64,000 nucleotides of DNA from Myxococcota bacterium (lineage in GTDB: Bacteria > Myxococcota_A > Polyangia > Nannocystales > Nannocystaceae): positions 1 through 64,000 of the forward strand of contig JBCCHT010000044.1 of the NCBI GenBank assembly GCA_039028615.1, given 5' to 3'. Shown one piece after another: positions 61,090 through 64,000 of the stretch (position 1 is the stretch's first letter; the number at the start of each line of letters is the position of its first letter). The notes beneath the pieces were generated by a model. The model saw only the letters and a program-made list of their open reading frames with translations, was not told where the DNA came from and searched no databases. Made by a program: the position numbers and the translations under genes.

Positions 61090-62304
61090 GTGGTCGACCT
61101 CGAGTTCTACTACGACGTCGTCTGCCCATACGCCTACCTCGCCTCGGCCCAGGTCGAAGCGGTGGCGAAGCGGCAGGGCGCGCGCGTGCGCTGGCGACCG
61201 ATTCTGCTCGGGGGCCTGCTGCGCGAAGTCGGGGCGCCCGATGATCCCAACGTGGGTATGAGCGCGGCCAAGGTGGAGATCCAGGCGCTCGATCGACAGC
61301 GTTGGGCCGTGCGATTGGGGGTGCCTCTCGTGACGCCGCCCGAGCATCCACGGCGCACCGTGAACGCCATGCGGCTGTGTTTGGCGGCGCCCGAAGGGGA
61401 GCGTCGCGTAGCGCTGTCGCACGACGTGTTCGCCGCCTACTGGGCGCGCGGTGAAGACGTGACCGATGCGCAGGTGCTCGATGCCATCGCCGTGCGTCAC
61501 GGACTCGAAGCGGGGGCCTACCGGGCGCCCGAGCTCAAGGCGGCACTGCGGGAGGCCACCGCCGCGGCGGCGGGGCGAGGGGCGTTTGGTGTGCCGAGCT
61601 TCGTCGTGGGCGACACCCTGTGGTGGGGGCAGGACCGGCTCGGTTTCGTCGAGGAGGTGCTCGGTGGGCAGCCCGAGCGACTGCCTACTGCGCCCGAATC
61701 CAGCTCTGCACGCGCGGGGCGGCTGACGTTCTTCCACGACTTTGCCAGCCCCTTCAGTTACTTGGCTTCGACGCAGATCGAGTCGCTGGCCGCGGCGCGA
61801 GGGCTCGAGGTCGAGTACGTGCCGATCTTGCTGGGGGCGCTGTTTCGAGACATCGGCACGCCCAACGTGCCGCTGCTCGAGATGAACGAGACCAAGCAGG
61901 CGTATGTGCGTCGCGACCTGGACGACTGGGCCGCGTGGTGGGGCGTGCCGTTTGCGTTTCCCGAGCACTTTCCGTTGCGGAGCGTGTTGCCGCTGCGGGT
62001 CGCGCTGGTGAAGCCCTCGCTGACGCCGATGTTGTATCGGGCGATCTGGGCGGAAGGACGGCGCGTGGATACGCCGGAGACGCTCGGACCGTTGCTCGAG
62101 GAGGCGGGGGAGTCGGCGGCGTCGCTGCTGGCGGCGGCGGTCGAGCCGGAGAACAAGGCGAGGTTGCGGGAGAATACGGAGCGGGCGGAGACGCTGGGGG
62201 TGTGTGGCGTGCCGACGATGCAGGTGCAGCGAGGTGGGGACTCGGTGTTGGTTTGGGGGCAGGACCGGCTGGGGTTGTTGGCGAGCTTGATCGACGGCGG
62301 GTGA
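61090..62304 (+). CDS. Tandem two-domain DsbA-like / HCCA isomerase (GST-kappa) protein
   Basis: Domain 1 FYYDVVCPYAYL...GAFGVPSF...WGQDRL; domain 2 FFHDFASPFSYL...GVCGVPT...WGQDRL. Confidence 0.9.
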   Translation: MVDLEFYYDVVCPYAYLASAQVEAVAKRQGARVRWRPILLGGLLREVGAPDDPNVGMSAAKVEIQALDRQRWAVRLGVPLVTPPEHPRRTVNAMRLCLAAPEGERRVALSHDVFAAYWARGEDVTDAQVLDAIAVRHGLEAGAYRAPELKAALREATAAAAGRGAFGVPSFVVGDTLWWGQDRLGFVEEVLGGQPERLPTAPESSSARAGRLTFFHDFASPFSYLASTQIESLAAARGLEVEYVPILLGALFRDIGTPNVPLLEMNETKQAYVRRDLDDWAAWWGVPFAFPEHFPLRSVLPLRVALVKPSLTPMLYRAIWAEGRRVDTPETLGPLLEEAGESAASLLAAAVEPENKARLRENTERAETLGVCGVPTMQVQRGGDSVLVWGQDRLGLLASLIDGG

Positions 62305-62320
62305 GTGCGGGGCGTTTCGG

Positions 62321-63892
62321 CTACGGGTCCCCGAGGATCTGGACAGGGCCGTAGGTGGTCGGTGACTCGTCGTCGCCGACGTCTTCGGTCATGCCGTAGC
62401 CGAGTTCGCCAGAGCCATTGCTTCCCCAACAGTAGACCGAGTAGTCGTCTGTTACGGCGCAGGTATGGCTGTTACCAAGGCTCATCTGACGCACGCCTTG
62501 GCCTCCGAGATCCACGAGGTCCGAATCGAACGGAACGTCAATGCGGCCCACGTCATCTACTCCGGGCAGACCGAGTTGTCCGTCGTTGTTACGCCCCCAG
62601 CATTGAATATCACCGGTCTCGAAGAGGGCGCAAAAGTGGCTGCGGCCGGCTTCGATTTCCACTGGAGCCGCCATCGTTGCGAACTGAATGGCCTGCGCCC
62701 CGACCGGGGCCGTCTCGTCATTCCCAACGACATCGAAGTAGCCGATCCCCAGCTCTCCGTTGTTGTTGGTACCCCAACATCGCACTGTCCCATCGTCTAA
62801 CAGCACGCACGTGGCATTGTGACTCATGGCGATATCGATGGGGATTGCACCATCGAAGTACAGGGGCTGCTGGACATCGGGTAACTCGTCGTCGCCTATG
62901 TCTTCGCTGGATCCCGATGCCGTCCCCAGGCGACCATCCGACGCGTCTCCCCAACATTGGATGCCCCCGTCATCCAACACGACGCAGTTGGTCCAGTCCC
63001 CGGAAGCAATGAGCACCGCGACGCCGGAACCACTGAAACTCAGGTATCCCCTCGCAGCCGGCACTTCGTTGTCTCCGGTCTTATGCATGTCTCCATAGCC
63101 GAGTGAGCCATACCGGTTTCGCCCCCAACACTTGACCAGGCCAACCGGGTTGAGGATGCACGTGTGTATCGATCCCGCGGACATTTGCGATACCTGGGTT
63201 CCCACGTCGACATCCGGCAACGTGGTCAGCAGCTCATCGTCGCCGAGGTTCTCTGTGTTGCCGTATCCAAGGCTTCCTGCGCCTGCATATCCCCAGCACT
63301 TCACGCCCATGCCTGACCGGCCGCATACATGCTCCGCGGTGAATATTTCGTCCACAGGAACCGATAGGCTCGCGTCTCCGTGCGCATTGGGCAGTTCGTC
63401 GTCTCCGATGGTTTCTACCATCGCCAAGCCCGCCTGACCCTGGACGTTGCTTCCCCAACACCGGACGCGTCCTCCCTCGATGATGGCACAGGTACGGAAG
63501 AGTCCCGCCGTTATTTCCACCTCTGTGTAGGTGCAGTCGTTGTCGCAGCCGTCGCCGTCGATCGAGTTTCCATCGTTGCACTGGGCCGACGGGTCCTCGC
63601 ACTGCCCGGGCCGACCGGAGTCCGACGTACTCTCCCCGGTTTCGAGCCCCTCGGTATCAACCGCGCTCGTGGTCATATCTCCCGTTGAGTCCATCGAGCC
63701 TCCGTCGACGGACGTTGAGGTCATCGCCATCCCTCCGCTCGAGCCATCGTCGCCATCCGTTTGCACCGACGAGTCGACCTCTCCCGACTCGCCGCTCATC
63801 GGCGGCAAGGCTGGCAACCCAACGCACGACGCGGCACCCAGACCCAGCGGAAGCAAACAGGACAACCTGACCATGGAATGCTTGCGTGCCAT
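62321..63892 (-). CDS. RCC1-repeat lipoprotein with myxobacterial Cys-rich motif
   Basis: Lipobox AASC, CNDGNSIDGDGCDNDC and about 7 x (H)TC....G.V.CWG.N..G.LG. Start at 63892 or 63874. Confidence 0.88.
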   Translation of the reverse strand: MARKHSMVRLSCLLPLGLGAASCVGLPALPPMSGESGEVDSSVQTDGDDGSSGGMAMTSTSVDGGSMDSTGDMTTSAVDTEGLETGESTSDSGRPGQCEDPSAQCNDGNSIDGDGCDNDCTYTEVEITAGLFRTCAIIEGGRVRCWGSNVQGQAGLAMVETIGDDELPNAHGDASLSVPVDEIFTAEHVCGRSGMGVKCWGYAGAGSLGYGNTENLGDDELLTTLPDVDVGTQVSQMSAGSIHTCILNPVGLVKCWGRNRYGSLGYGDMHKTGDNEVPAARGYLSFSGSGVAVLIASGDWTNCVVLDDGGIQCWGDASDGRLGTASGSSEDIGDDELPDVQQPLYFDGAIPIDIAMSHNATCVLLDDGTVRCWGTNNNGELGIGYFDVVGNDETAPVGAQAIQFATMAAPVEIEAGRSHFCALFETGDIQCWGRNNDGQLGLPGVDDVGRIDVPFDSDLVDLGGQGVRQMSLGNSHTCAVTDDYSVYCWGSNGSGELGYGMTEDVGDDESPTTYGPVQILGDP

Positions 63893-64000
63893 CACAGTTC
63901 TCCCCAAACTCGTTCCGTCGCCGAATTCCGCCACCTACGGGTTGCAGACGCGCTGAACGGTGATCGTCCCCGAAGACCGAGCCGCCGCCCACGGTCCCTC

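Overview
A high-GC, densely coding chromosomal segment from a myxobacterium. The assignment to Myxococcota, probably Nannocystaceae-like, is an inference from the kinase-TPR, AgmX/PglI-C, RCC1, FG-GAP and Cys-rich lipoprotein content. About 50 real CDSs are supported; most other entries in the ORF track are antisense or off-frame shadows. Housekeeping genes are aspS, cls, a plant-type thrC, maf and yggS. Regulators are a FleQ-like sigma-54 activator followed by csrA-fliW, a three-gene ECF sigma/anti-sigma operon, a TetR beside an EthA-like lipid/ketone catabolic cluster, and two Ser/Thr kinases. I saw no rRNA, tRNA, CRISPR array, integrase or transposase. The most notable observations are: (1) an activator-csrA-fliW module with no flagellar genes in the window, a switch-like csrA leader and a convergent degenerate PilT-like gene; (2) a stand-alone TsnR/NshR-type 23S rRNA methyltransferase of the thiopeptide-resistance family; (3) a yggS/split flavo-Fe-S amino-acid dehydrogenase operon ending in a D-threonine-aldolase-like enzyme fused in frame to a membrane-anchored kelch propeller; (4) a TANNNT box 6-11 nt before many start codons, suggesting widespread leaderless mRNAs. 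All family assignments come from motifs recognised by eye; no database search was run.
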